NCBI GenBank assembly: GCA_963804385.1
Contig: CAWDQD010000004.1
Location: 5,107 to 69,106 of the forward strand
Direction of reading: 5' to 3'
From: an uncultured Candidatus Micrarchaeota archaeon
Lineage (GTDB): Archaea > Micrarchaeota > Micrarchaeia > Anstonellales > Bilamarchaeaceae
Length of the DNA stretch: 64,000 nucleotides
The notes beneath the pieces were generated by a model. That model ran no database searches, had not been told where the DNA came from, and worked only from the letters and a program-made list of their open reading frames with translations. Every line of letters begins with the position of its first letter. The first letter of the stretch is position 1. The translations under genes were made by a program, and so were the position numbers. Shown one piece after another: positions 16,305-25,982 of the stretch.

Positions 16305-18239
16305 TCAGTGGACGCCCAGTAACTCGCTTTCGAGCAGCCACGAACCCGGGATACCCACGGCGCCATGCCAAAGTTCTCCCTCGGGAGTCACATATGTGCC
16401 TATGTAAGTGTTAGGCGTAGAGCTCCATGTGGGTCCGCCGAATATCTGTGATTCGAACGTGACCGCATTATTGGAACTGCTAAAGAGACGGAGCAACTGT
16501 GGGAACGTGTTCGCAGGGCCGCCCCACTGGCTCCCCCAGCTCTGGAGGAGCGTCTTTCCCGGCACATATGCTATATCCACGACATGCATGCCGCCACCCG
16601 TATTCGCAGTAACCACATTTGCATGTATTCCATTCGCACGGTAGAATATCCCGACGAAATCGGCCGCGCCTGCGCACAACGTCACACCGTTCGCCAGGTT
16701 CGCCGGAAGCGGGTCCGAGGAATTGTGGCTGTTGTACCATTGGACGTATTGCTGCAGGAAACCGAATAGCTGGTTGTTATCCACGGATGCGACTTTTTGG
16801 ACCGACGGGTCGAGGAGATTCCCCGACATGAGCGCGCTCTGCGCGCCTTGCGCATATGCGACCTGCTGCATGAACGCGAGCAGGAACCTGCCTGCGCTCA
16901 GGATATCGTCCTGGGAAGCCCCCTTGTACGAGGCTGCGAATGCATCGAAGCTCTTTGCCCCGACCAGATTGCCCTTGGCTGTATTGTCTACATTATCCCA
17001 GTATGCATCGCCGGATCGCCCGAATCCATAGGGACCCGGTGTTTGCGTCGTAGGTATATCGATAGTCGCCTGCGGGACGCCTCCTGCACTGGTATGCTCG
17101 TATGTCGAGGTTATGATGGTGTTCATGTGCTTCCCTGCGATGACCAACCTCAGGCCGGCCATAGCGAAGACGTCGTTGCTGTCGTTTATCTGGGGGTTCC
17201 AATGGGTGATGCCCCCTTTGATGAACACGTCTCCTGCTACCAAACCATCGAAATTTATAGCTCTCGAGGCGCCGAATCCATAAATGGATTTCACCACACC
17301 GTAGTTTGCGAACGGCCCTATGCTATAATCAGAGAACCGGATTTGAATTCCTGACCGTAGGCTCTCGAATTTCGGGCTATAATTGCCGATATATGCGGTC
17401 TGGATCGGAGTGTTTGCAGCGAAATAAAAGTTCGGATCGCCGTAAATGAGGATTCTTTTCCTGTATTCGAGCGATGCGCCCCCTGCTATATTGAGGTATG
17501 TGTCGTCTCCCAGCGGATAAGAGAATGCGCCGACACCGACCACACCTATCCTGAATCTCAAATTATCATTTGAGCCGAAAGGTTGTGAATATCCGATACC
17601 GATAGATTGCGATGTATAAAGATGGGATGGCAGGTATGCCGCTCCGGTGAGGCGGCCGTAGTACAATCCTATGAAGCGTCCGAGCTCCAGTTTCTCCTTC
17701 ACGGACAATGTCGTGAACGGGACCGATAATGATCCGAACCAGACATTGCCTGCGTCGAACTTGAACTGGCTATTCGGTGTTAGATTATAAGCCATCGAAC
17801 CTGAAACGGCTGAGCCTGCTTCGTTGGATACGATGCCGCCTCCACCGCTCCACTTATGATCCAGGTTTATCGGCCTCTCATTTCCGTTCACATCGACTCG
17901 CTCGGAGCTGCCGAGAGCTTCATCATGGTAATTCGGTTTTGGAGCACTTATCGGGGTTGTTTGGGTCTCAGCGGGAAACCTCATCTGCAGCTCTCCCACC
18001 TCTATGGACCCGGCGCTCTCCGCGGGGGTTGCCGTTGCAGAATCCGCTGCAGGGGCAGGCGCTTGGGTATCCTCTTGCGCATGCGCTTTCTTCTCGACCA
18101 GCGGACTTGATATCATGATGGATGCGGCGGCAACTGCGCCGACCAGCCCTATCTTTCCAAGAGGCGCACGGATTCCCGTCTTCTCGGCTGCCCCTTCCCC
18201 ATCCCTTTTGAATCGTGTGATTTGCATACTGCTTACCAT
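16305..18239 (-). CDS. large secreted/anchored beta-rich protein with possible Cys-His peptidase-like C-terminal domain
   Basis: After about 28 aa there is a hydrophobic signal/anchor (IGLVGAVAAASIMISSPLV). A central region of about 250 aa is Gly/aromatic-rich with an alternating pattern. The C-terminal segment is GVTLCAGAADFVGIFYRANGIHANVVTANTGGGMHVVDIAYV. Confidence 0.7.
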   Translation of the reverse strand: MVSSMQITRFKRDGEGAAEKTGIRAPLGKIGLVGAVAAASIMISSPLVEKKAHAQEDTQAPAPAADSATATPAESAGSIEVGELQMRFPAETQTTPISAPKPNYHDEALGSSERVDVNGNERPINLDHKWSGGGGIVSNEAGSAVSGSMAYNLTPNSQFKFDAGNVWFGSLSVPFTTLSVKEKLELGRFIGLYYGRLTGAAYLPSHLYTSQSIGIGYSQPFGSNDNLRFRIGVVGVGAFSYPLGDDTYLNIAGGASLEYRKRILIYGDPNFYFAANTPIQTAYIGNYSPKFESLRSGIQIRFSDYSIGPFANYGVVKSIYGFGASRAINFDGLVAGDVFIKGGITHWNPQINDSNDVFAMAGLRLVIAGKHMNTIITSTYEHTSAGGVPQATIDIPTTQTPGPYGFGRSGDAYWDNVDNTAKGNLVGAKSFDAFAASYKGASQDDILSAGRFLLAFMQQVAYAQGAQSALMSGNLLDPSVQKVASVDNNQLFGFLQQYVQWYNSHNSSDPLPANLANGVTLCAGAADFVGIFYRANGIHANVVTANTGGGMHVVDIAYVPGKTLLQSWGSQWGGPANTFPQLLRLFSSSNNAVTFESQIFGGPTWSSTPNTYIGTYVTPEGELWHGAVGIPGSWLLESELLGVH

Positions 18240-18295
18240 TAGTGTATTGTAATCGAAGGTTATTTAAGGTTACAGTTTAAGTACTAAAATGAGAT

Positions 18296-18442
18296 TTATT
18301 CCTTCGCTGCCCCCGATTCGACCATGTGCTTGAACATCGCTATCGGTATCATGACAGATACGTGGGCGCCGCATTCTGCGCACAGGAAGTCCTCCTTGTG
18401 CTCTTTGGATATCTTCCCGCAATTGGCGCATATCTCGACCAT
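18296..18442 (-). CDS. small zinc-ribbon protein (48 aa)
   Basis: The translation is MVEICANCGKISKEHKEDFLCAECGAHV... I moved the start to the ATG at 18442, which removes the overlap with the aminotransferase gene. Confidence 0.5.
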   Translation of the reverse strand: MVEICANCGKISKEHKEDFLCAECGAHVSVMIPIAMFKHMVESGAAKE

Positions 18443-18461
18443 GTTCTTCAGGAGTATCACC

Positions 18462-19748
18462 TTACGAATGATGTCTTCCGCAATGCACGAAATCGCATAT
18501 CGCTCCATGGTGCCTGAAGCCTTCCGAAGATACGGATTTCAATGACCTTTCCAGGATCCCCAAGGCGATGTCCGCCTCCTCCTTCTCGATCACAAACGGT
18601 GGGATCAGGCGTATTCCTTTCTGACCGCATCCGAGCACAAGCAGACCCCTCCTCGCGCATTCCGCGATGAGATTATCGCGCATTGTCGGATTCTTGACAT
18701 CGAATGCGAGCATGAGGCCCAAGCCTCTTTGATTGAACATGCCTTCTATGCCGAGGAGTTTATTGAGTATATAATGGCCCATGCGTTCATTCTTGCCGAG
18801 GAGTTTCTGCTTTTTTATTATATCTATGGTTTTGACCCCAAGCGCGAGGTCCAGCGTATGCCCGCCGCCCCACGTGCTCGATATCGCTCCATGCTCTCCA
18901 GGGAACATCTTCTTGTTCGCCACGACAGCCCCGACCTGGAGCGCCTTGGCCGCCGAGAAGGCGTCTGGCTTGATGCCATAGTGCTCGAATGCCCACCATC
19001 GCCCGGTGCGTCCCATGCCGCATTGGACCTCATCGGCGATATATGGAATGCCGTATGCGTGAGCTGTTTTGCGCAGCTCCTGCACCATATCCTTCGGCGC
19101 GATGTTATATCCGCCTTCTCCTTGGACATGTTCGATGATCACGAATCCGATCTCTTCCGGAGATGCCTCCGTGCGGATGATTTTTTCAAGGCGTTCTGCG
19201 GCGCTTACATCGAACGGAAGCCGGACCATCGGGACGCGCATGTAGTTCTTTTTATGCACGTAATTCGAGTTCGTGAGGGAAAGAGCGCCGAGCGTCCTTC
19301 CGTGCCATCCCCGTTCCATGGATATCCCGAACTTGGTGCCTGGGCGTTTGCGCATGCAGATCTTCATCGCGTTCTCCACGGCCTCTGCGCCGGAATTTAT
19401 CAGGAACGCCGAATCGAATCCTGCGGGAGAAATTCCGGTGAGGCTCTCGATCATGCGAAGGTGCTCTTCGATGGCGAAATCCTGCCCGGCGAATTTGATA
19501 GGGAACCTGTTCGAGTGCTCTTTTACCACTTCCAGCATCTCGGGATGGTTGTATCCGAGGGGATTCGAAGCTATCTGGCTCGCCATATCCAGGAACACAT
19601 TGCCGTCTATATCTTCGCAATAAGGCCCGTAGCCTTTACCTGAGAATACAAGCGGATAGGAGACGGACCATCCGCCGTTCTTGGCCCTGAGGCCTTTGAG
19701 GATAGTCAATGATTTCGGGCCGGGTATAACGGTCTTGATCCTTATCAT
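18462..19748 (-). CDS. class III PLP-dependent aminotransferase (acetylornithine/GABA/lysine aminotransferase family)
   Basis: Motifs FLINSGAEAVENAMKI, GWHGRTLGALSLT and DEVQCGMGRTGRWWAFEH are present. Confidence 0.9.
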   Translation of the reverse strand: MIRIKTVIPGPKSLTILKGLRAKNGGWSVSYPLVFSGKGYGPYCEDIDGNVFLDMASQIASNPLGYNHPEMLEVVKEHSNRFPIKFAGQDFAIEEHLRMIESLTGISPAGFDSAFLINSGAEAVENAMKICMRKRPGTKFGISMERGWHGRTLGALSLTNSNYVHKKNYMRVPMVRLPFDVSAAERLEKIIRTEASPEEIGFVIIEHVQGEGGYNIAPKDMVQELRKTAHAYGIPYIADEVQCGMGRTGRWWAFEHYGIKPDAFSAAKALQVGAVVANKKMFPGEHGAISSTWGGGHTLDLALGVKTIDIIKKQKLLGKNERMGHYILNKLLGIEGMFNQRGLGLMLAFDVKNPTMRDNLIAECARRGLLVLGCGQKGIRLIPPFVIEKEEADIALGILERSLKSVSSEGFRHHGAICDFVHCGRHHS

Positions 19749-19806
19749 ATGCTTGGAAGACTTCGGGAAAATTTATATACATTGAGAAAAAGGACGAAGA
19801 AAAAAA

Positions 19807-20832
19807 TCAAGGGAACATTTTCGCGAATTCGTGCTTCTTCCTGGTCTTCCAGGCGCCCTTATGGTAAGCGTAGCTCGCGATGAGGGGCAGCACAGACGTC
19901 GCTTCGGCGTACACCATCTGCTCGTATGTGGTGTCCACCTTGCCCCAGGAAGATGCTTCTTTCAATGTGGAGCTCGAGCAGGCGCCGTCTCGGACGTCCG
20001 CCACGGTTATCTGGATCGCGTATTTGTGCATCGGCACCTCTTTTCCGAGGACCTCTGCGCAGACCACGGTGTCCTGGGCGAAATTCTTCGGGACGCCTCC
20101 GCCTATCATCAGCAACCCGCTGGTCGGGGATTCCATCTTTATCTTCGTCACTTCGTAGAAGTCCCTGACGGAATCTATAGAGACGTGCTTGTCCGGGTGC
20201 TTGTGCTGGTGGAGCACGAGGCCGAAGCCCGCACTCGAGTCCGAGAACGCGGGGCAGAATATCGGTACGTTGTTCTCATACGCGGCCTGCACGAGCGAGT
20301 CCTTCTTCTTGGAGTTCTTGGTGAGCCAGCGGCCCATCTCCTTGATGAATTCGCGGGACGAATACGGCCTTGGTTCCAACGTATCGGCTATCTTGGTGAT
20401 CGTCTTGTCGCATTCCTGGAGCTGCTCCTCGTCGATGAATGTGTCATATATCCTGTCGATGTACCTGTCTCGCAGCTCGTGGTCGTTGACGTACGGCGTG
20501 CCCTTGTAGTGCTTGAACCCAAGTGCCTCGAAGAAATCCATATCCACGATGCTCGCCCCGGTGGCGACGATGGCATCGACCATGTTGTTTTTCACCAGGT
20601 CGGTGTACAGGTTCATGCACCCGCCTGCGCTCGTGCTCCCTGCGAGGGTGAGGATGATCGCGCATTCTTTCTCGCGCAGCATCATGTCGTATATGTCCGC
20701 GGCCCGCCCGAGGTCACGGGAGGTGAAGGACATCTTCTTCATCGCTTCCACGATCTCTATCGCGTTTATCTTCTTGATATCTATGTGCTCTACCGTAGTT
20801 TTCAGATAGTCTTTCTTATCCAAAATAATCAC
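19807..20832 (-). CDS. dys: deoxyhypusine synthase
   Basis: The family pattern is present, including STSAGGCMNLYTDLVKNNMVDAIVATGA and IGGGVPKNF. The size is 341 aa. Confidence 0.92.
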   Translation of the reverse strand: MIILDKKDYLKTTVEHIDIKKINAIEIVEAMKKMSFTSRDLGRAADIYDMMLREKECAIILTLAGSTSAGGCMNLYTDLVKNNMVDAIVATGASIVDMDFFEALGFKHYKGTPYVNDHELRDRYIDRIYDTFIDEEQLQECDKTITKIADTLEPRPYSSREFIKEMGRWLTKNSKKKDSLVQAAYENNVPIFCPAFSDSSAGFGLVLHQHKHPDKHVSIDSVRDFYEVTKIKMESPTSGLLMIGGGVPKNFAQDTVVCAEVLGKEVPMHKYAIQITVADVRDGACSSSTLKEASSWGKVDTTYEQMVYAEATSVLPLIASYAYHKGAWKTRKKHEFAKMFP

Positions 20833-20873
20833 CTTTTTGCAATCACAATTTCTTAAGAAAGATAAATTTTAAT

Positions 20874-21323
20874 TCAGATGGGGCCAAGCGTCAGGCGCTT
20901 AGCTTTGGGCACCATGTTCTTGAGGGTCGTGCCCTTGAGTAGCGCGCAGCCGAGATTATAGCCGAGGTATCTCGCGAGCACATATCCGTCCGATATGCCC
21001 TCAATCTCGGTTTTCGATAGGATCATGTCCGTCCCCTGGACAAATTTCTTCGTCTGCTCTTTTGAAAGCGAGATGATGTTTTTCTCCACCTGTTTCCCGA
21101 ATAGCTGGAACAGGTTGGTGGAAGGTTTTATCGCGCTATCCGCTCGCGCGATCAATAGCCCTGGAGACACGATCCTGAGGTTAGGGGGCACCTTCGCTGG
21201 GCCTAGATAGAGGCGGCCCTTGGGGCCCATATAGATCGAATAACCATCGAAAATCGTTCTTGGAAGCCCGAAACGCTCCTCGAAATATTTGAGGGTGTTC
21301 TCTTTCACTTCCGATGCGTTCAT
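20874..21323 (-). CDS. stand-alone PUA-like domain of RsmF-type RNA methyltransferases
   Basis: DGYVLARYLGYNLGCALLKGTTLKNMVPKAKRL matches the C-terminal RsmF PUA-like signature (...KN.yPk..R). The start is the ATG at 21323, and the upstream part of the 200-aa ORF is Arg-rich nonsense. Confidence 0.65.
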   Translation of the reverse strand: MNASEVKENTLKYFEERFGLPRTIFDGYSIYMGPKGRLYLGPAKVPPNLRIVSPGLLIARADSAIKPSTNLFQLFGKQVEKNIISLSKEQTKKFVQGTDMILSKTEIEGISDGYVLARYLGYNLGCALLKGTTLKNMVPKAKRLTLGPI

Positions 21324-21409
21324 ATGGCCGTCCTTATCCGGTCTATGGCCTCTGTCTTTAGACCTGGTTTCAAGCCCTTCTCTCCGCAAGTGCATCCTTC
21401 CTTGTCTGT

Positions 21410-22318
21410 TCATTTCCTCACCTTGGCCAGAAAAAACCCGCCGGTATCGTTGTGGTGCGGCCAGACGCGCACGCATGATGATACCTGGGGATCGAATTCT
21501 TTTCCTTCATACTCGGTTATCCCGTCGCAGGTCTTGAAGCCTTCGACGCTCACCCTTTCCAGAGAAGAGCCTTCCCTGCTCTTGAGGAGGTGGTCCACCA
21601 CCAGCTCGTTCTCCTCTGGAGCGAACGTGCATGTGGAATACACCATCACTCCGCCGGGTTTCAGGAGATCGAATGCCTTGAGGATGAGGACGCGCTGGTT
21701 GCCGGAATATGATGAAACGGCCCTGGGCGACCAGTTGTCGAAGATATGGTCATGCTTGCGTATGGTCCCTTCCGCGCTGCAGGGCGCATCCAGGATGACG
21801 ACGTCATATGATTGGTCCGGCAGATGCTGGAGATCGTAGTTCGTGATTATCGTATTGATGACGCCGGATTTCTCCAGGTTGAATTTCAGCGCGCGTATGC
21901 GATCATAATCCAGATCATTCGCGATTATGGTGCCTTTGTTCCCCATGATGGCTGCCATCTGCGTAGTCTTGGACCCGGGCGCCGCGCAACCGTCGAGCAC
22001 GATCCTGGCGTCCTCCAGCTCCCCTTTAACGATCACCGGGGGGAGCATGGATGCTATCTCCTGGATGTATATCATCCCGGTGAAATGCTCCAGCGTCGCG
22101 CCTATCCCCAACGAATCGCTGACGAATGCTTCGGAGCACCATCCCATCTGTCTGAGCCCGAACCCGTAGCCCTCCATCCCGGATTTCACATCCTGGACCG
22201 AAGCCTTCAAGGTATTCACCCGGAACGATTTGGGGAGCGGCCGCTCTAGCGCTGCAAGGAATGCGTCCGGATCGTCCACCAATTTGAGGTAACGATCCTT
22301 GAAAGGTTCTGGTATCAT
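21410..22318 (-). CDS. NOL1/NOP2/Sun family RNA (cytosine-C5)-methyltransferase
   Basis: The SAM site is DGCAAPGSKTTQMA, and the catalytic Cys motifs are LDAPCSAEGT and YSTCTFAPEENE. Confidence 0.9.
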   Translation of the reverse strand: MIPEPFKDRYLKLVDDPDAFLAALERPLPKSFRVNTLKASVQDVKSGMEGYGFGLRQMGWCSEAFVSDSLGIGATLEHFTGMIYIQEIASMLPPVIVKGELEDARIVLDGCAAPGSKTTQMAAIMGNKGTIIANDLDYDRIRALKFNLEKSGVINTIITNYDLQHLPDQSYDVVILDAPCSAEGTIRKHDHIFDNWSPRAVSSYSGNQRVLILKAFDLLKPGGVMVYSTCTFAPEENELVVDHLLKSREGSSLERVSVEGFKTCDGITEYEGKEFDPQVSSCVRVWPHHNDTGGFFLAKVRK

Positions 22319-22344
22319 TGCATGCTTGATGGAGGGGAAACGAT

Positions 22345-22875
22345 TTAACGGGTGGCCTTGGTCATGACGAAACCCTGCCGCACGATGAAACTCTCTTTCA
22401 TATGGCCAAAAACCGCGTCCATATCCTTCCTGCGGGATTCCGGCGCATTGTAGGATATGGAAAAGACGACATTCCCGGTGCAGAACATCACCCCGCCGCC
22501 GAAATACTCCCTGCCGCCTGACTTGTACGCGAACTTCCGGGCATACGCTGGCATGCCCTTGAATTCGCTCGTTTCCACTTCAGCATGGATTCCTGAGCTC
22601 GGGCCCTCGAGCTCGCGCTTCGCATACTTCTTGAACCTGAAATCCCAGGGGAGATTGGCGTCGACCGCGACCGTGAATGTGCACTGCGAATCCCGGGAGC
22701 AGAAGGATATGGTATACCTGCCGTCCTCTACCGCGATGTCGTGGTCGAAATCCCAGCCTTTGGGGTAAAGCAGCTCGAAATTGCCTGAGGAGTCCAAGAA
22801 CCTGACGAAAAAAACCTGCTTCTTCTTGATGCCGAGCAGGTCTTTCAGGGATCCCACGAGATCATCGCTCGGCAA
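22345..22875 (-). CDS. hypothetical protein (176 aa)
   Basis: The ORF has ordinary composition and no motif is recognised. Confidence 0.5.
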   Translation of the reverse strand: MPSDDLVGSLKDLLGIKKKQVFFVRFLDSSGNFELLYPKGWDFDHDIAVEDGRYTISFCSRDSQCTFTVAVDANLPWDFRFKKYAKRELEGPSSGIHAEVETSEFKGMPAYARKFAYKSGGREYFGGGVMFCTGNVVFSISYNAPESRRKDMDAVFGHMKESFIVRQGFVMTKATR

Positions 22876-23605
22876 TCCACAGCACCTCAGGGCATCCTTC
22901 CTTGAATTTTGAATAGTCGAAACCGCAGTATCTTTTCATCTTCTTGAGACCGGCATCCGCCAGCATCCTTTCCAGATCGTCATCCGCGATGAAGAACAGC
23001 TCCATGGAGTATTCGTGCGATCTTCCAGGCTCATCCGGGAATTGCAGATCTATCTTATAGCGGCCGGAGTCGGTTTTGGGGAGATATTGCATGTACCATC
23101 CGACATTGTACTTCCTGCCGTCCTGCGCCGTGCATTCCTCATAATCCACCATGTGCAGGGATCCGGTCATCTGGAGATGGTCTTTCCCTGGGGTGTAAGT
23201 GTGGAGTATGAGTTTCCCTCCGGGTGCCAGATGAGAGACTATGTTCCGTATCGCTTTTTCCTTATCATCGTTCGTGAGATGCAGTATGCTTCTGTACGGT
23301 AAGATGATGAGCTTGAACATCTTGTCCATATGGAAATCACGCATGTCCGCTACGGTGACCTCGGGATCTATGCCGCGCTCTTTCGCCTTGCGCTTCAGCA
23401 TCTCCAGCATGCGCGGGGACGAGTCGATTCCGGTCGCTTCGATGCCTTCCGAGAGGAGCCGGAGAAGTATCCTTCCGGTCCCGCAGGCGACCTCCAGCAC
23501 AGGCCCATGCGCGTTTTTCGCTTCCCGCAGGTAGAATTCGGCGTCGTAGCTGTCCGAGTAGATATAATCGTACTGCTCGGCCATGTCATCGTAGATGCGC
23601 ATCAA
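22862..23605 (-). CDS. class I SAM-dependent methyltransferase
   Basis: Motif I is VLEVACGTGRILLRL, followed by an acidic motif II. Confidence 0.85.
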   Translation of the reverse strand: MMRIYDDMAEQYDYIYSDSYDAEFYLREAKNAHGPVLEVACGTGRILLRLLSEGIEATGIDSSPRMLEMLKRKAKERGIDPEVTVADMRDFHMDKMFKLIILPYRSILHLTNDDKEKAIRNIVSHLAPGGKLILHTYTPGKDHLQMTGSLHMVDYEECTAQDGRKYNVGWYMQYLPKTDSGRYKIDLQFPDEPGRSHEYSMELFFIADDDLERMLADAGLKKMKRYCGFDYSKFKEGCPEVLWIAER

Positions 23606-23654
23606 TCCAATGGCGTAACAAAACTAAATAAATGCTTATGCGGCAATCCTGATT

Positions 23655-24701
23655 GTGTACATCCACATAGACATGGACTATTTCTTCGCGCAGATAGAGG
23701 AGAAGCGCCATCCGATGGCGAAAGGCAAGATCATCGTCGTCTGCGTCTATAGCGGCAGGACGCCGGATTCCGGCGTGGTCAGCACAGTGAATTATGAGGG
23801 CAGGCGCTACGGCGTCCACTCGGGAATGCCCATAATGCAGGCCAAGAAGCTCGCTCCGGCTGCGGATACCGTTTTCCTCCCCGTGGACAAGGAATACTAC
23901 TCCCAGATATCCGGCTACATCGATAGCGTCATCCGCTCCCGCTGCAGGAAGGTCGTCCAAGCCAGCATCGACGAATGGAATGCGGAGGACGAGGACGCCC
24001 AAAGGATCGCGAAGGAGATCAAGGATGCGATAAAGAAGGAGACCGGCCTCGTGTGCAGCGTCGGCGTATCGCCATCGCTCCTGGGAGCCAAGATGGCGGC
24101 ATCCAAATCGAAGCCGGACGGGATGCTGATCCTCGATCGGGCCAAAGAGCTCGATATGATAAGCGGATCCGACATCGAGAAGGTGCCCGGCATCGGAGGG
24201 AAAACAGCCGAAGCGCTCCGCGCTCTCGGAGCCAACCTGGTCAAGGACATCGCGAAGCTGTCGCCCCTCGCGCTGGTCGAGGCGTTCGGAAGGAAAACCG
24301 GGGCGTGGCTCAATGATCTCGGTAAAGGGGAATACGACGGCGGGCTCGGAGAGGAGAAGGAGCAGGTGGAGGTCAGCAGGATAGGCACCCTAAAGGAGAA
24401 GACCAGGGACCCGTACATGATACTCGGGAAACTCGACGAGCTGGAGAGCGAGGCCAAGGAATGGCTGATGGGAATGAAGAAATCGTACAAGACTGTCGGC
24501 ATCATATTCGTGACCGAGAACCTGAAGACCCACACGAAATCATTGTCCTTCAAGAACCCGAAAGGGTGGAACGAGGATATCTCGAAAGAGAAGAAAGCGC
24601 TCGTGGACGAATTCCTGGCCGAGAACCCTCTGGAGGTCAGGAGGGTCGGGATCAGGTTCGGGAACTTCATGGACTTGGGCGGGCAGACGACGCTGTTCTA
24701 A
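23655..24701 (+). CDS. dinB: Y-family DNA polymerase IV (Dpo4/DinB-like)
   Basis: The N-terminal IHIDMDYFFAQIEE is present, with SVGVSPSLLGAKMAS in the middle. The start is a GTG. Confidence 0.9.
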   Translation: MYIHIDMDYFFAQIEEKRHPMAKGKIIVVCVYSGRTPDSGVVSTVNYEGRRYGVHSGMPIMQAKKLAPAADTVFLPVDKEYYSQISGYIDSVIRSRCRKVVQASIDEWNAEDEDAQRIAKEIKDAIKKETGLVCSVGVSPSLLGAKMAASKSKPDGMLILDRAKELDMISGSDIEKVPGIGGKTAEALRALGANLVKDIAKLSPLALVEAFGRKTGAWLNDLGKGEYDGGLGEEKEQVEVSRIGTLKEKTRDPYMILGKLDELESEAKEWLMGMKKSYKTVGIIFVTENLKTHTKSLSFKNPKGWNEDISKEKKALVDEFLAENPLEVRRVGIRFGNFMDLGGQTTLF

Positions 24702-24748
24702 ATTTGTGTATTTAAGTGGTCTAAAGAGAAGCATTAAAATGGGTCCGA

Positions 24749-25870
24749 TTGATAGATAATCCAGTGATCATGGTGGCTAAACAGTTTCTTGTGCGTGTCG
24801 TCGGTTTTGACAGGGTAACCGGTAGCAAAAAAGACTTCAAGGTTCCGACAGATATCTCCATGAAGGGTCTGGAGGATATACGAAAGGAAGTTGACGTCAG
24901 AGCTATGTATTGGCCTAATGGCGCTCGTTGCGAATTAAGCAGCGTCACGGATCTCATCGTACTGGAGCCGCCCGGATCCCGGATCTCGCCGGATTTTAGT
25001 CGGGAGCCTATGCAAGGATATGCTTCCAGATGGGATAGCGAGGAACCATTGCATGAGATGCCGCACGGCAGTCCTAGATCCAGAGATCCGTTTGGGGCCG
25101 GGCAGGACGCCATGCTTCTGGAATTGATCATGATCCTAAGTCAAGCGTGCGATTCTCCTTTTCCTGCACAATACGAGCAGAGGGGACCACGGCGGCACGA
25201 TTCCCCATTCACAGCACAAGATGAGCCGGTAGCCGATAAACGCTCCAGGTTCAAGGCTTTTGCCGCTAAGAAATGGGCCGGATTCAAGAATGCTCTCAGG
25301 ACCCACCCCGAAACTAACGCCTATATCGGAGCGATGATCGCGTCGTTCCCTATCGGCGTTATTCCGCATGCCCCTAAAACGGTGCCGTTGGCCGGTCTGT
25401 TGGCCGGCGTGATGGCAGCCGGAGCCGCTACCCGCGAGAATATCCTGAAAAAATCATATACGAAAGCGGAGCGGATAACGAGCAGTATTATATCGGGAGT
25501 GGGTTATGCCGCTTCTGCTGCGTTGGTGCTCGCGAGCCATCACCTCCTCGGCATCGGCATGGCTATCTCGACCCTCACCGCTTCGATCCTGTATAAACCA
25601 TTGAAAGAGTTCAAAGAGAATGCCAGTGCCACCCTGGGGCAAAAAATCGGATTGCTGATTCTCGGAGCCACGACTGTGGCCGGCCTCGTCTTGGCGATTT
25701 ACAACATTCTCGAGCTAACCATGAATCTCAATCTCAATATGAATGCTGCACTGAATTTCTTCGGAGGTTTGCTTGGGTTCTCAGTAGCCGATTCCGCTGC
25801 AAAACAATCAGTGGAGATATCTAAAGAGATCAAACCTCAAGAATCTCGACAAGAACCAGAAGCCGCATAG
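24749..25870 (+). CDS. hypothetical protein, soluble N-half and polytopic membrane C-half
   Basis: Several C-terminal hydrophobic helices are predicted, and there is a short internal tandem DSPF(P/T)AQ. Confidence 0.5.
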   Translation: MIDNPVIMVAKQFLVRVVGFDRVTGSKKDFKVPTDISMKGLEDIRKEVDVRAMYWPNGARCELSSVTDLIVLEPPGSRISPDFSREPMQGYASRWDSEEPLHEMPHGSPRSRDPFGAGQDAMLLELIMILSQACDSPFPAQYEQRGPRRHDSPFTAQDEPVADKRSRFKAFAAKKWAGFKNALRTHPETNAYIGAMIASFPIGVIPHAPKTVPLAGLLAGVMAAGAATRENILKKSYTKAERITSSIISGVGYAASAALVLASHHLLGIGMAISTLTASILYKPLKEFKENASATLGQKIGLLILGATTVAGLVLAIYNILELTMNLNLNMNAALNFFGGLLGFSVADSAAKQSVEISKEIKPQESRQEPEAA

Positions 25871-25982
25871 TCTGCTTTCGTTACTTTTTTTGTCAGAAAA
25901 TGCTCAAAAACATACCTTTAAATACTGGTTCTGCCACTAATAATAACACATACTACCTCCAGCGGGAGGTAGGAGGGATAAA

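Noticed and set aside
19831-20856. 341-aa plus-strand ORF
   Set aside because: It lies exactly antisense to deoxyhypusine synthase. Its Arg/His/Val-rich composition is typical of a shadow frame opposite a conserved gene.
21320-21412. TGA recoding (selenocysteine or read-through) to join the methyltransferase and PUA ORFs
   Set aside because: TGA is used as an ordinary stop by many well-defined genes in the window. A frame change would still be needed after the second TGA, and no SECIS-like element was evident.
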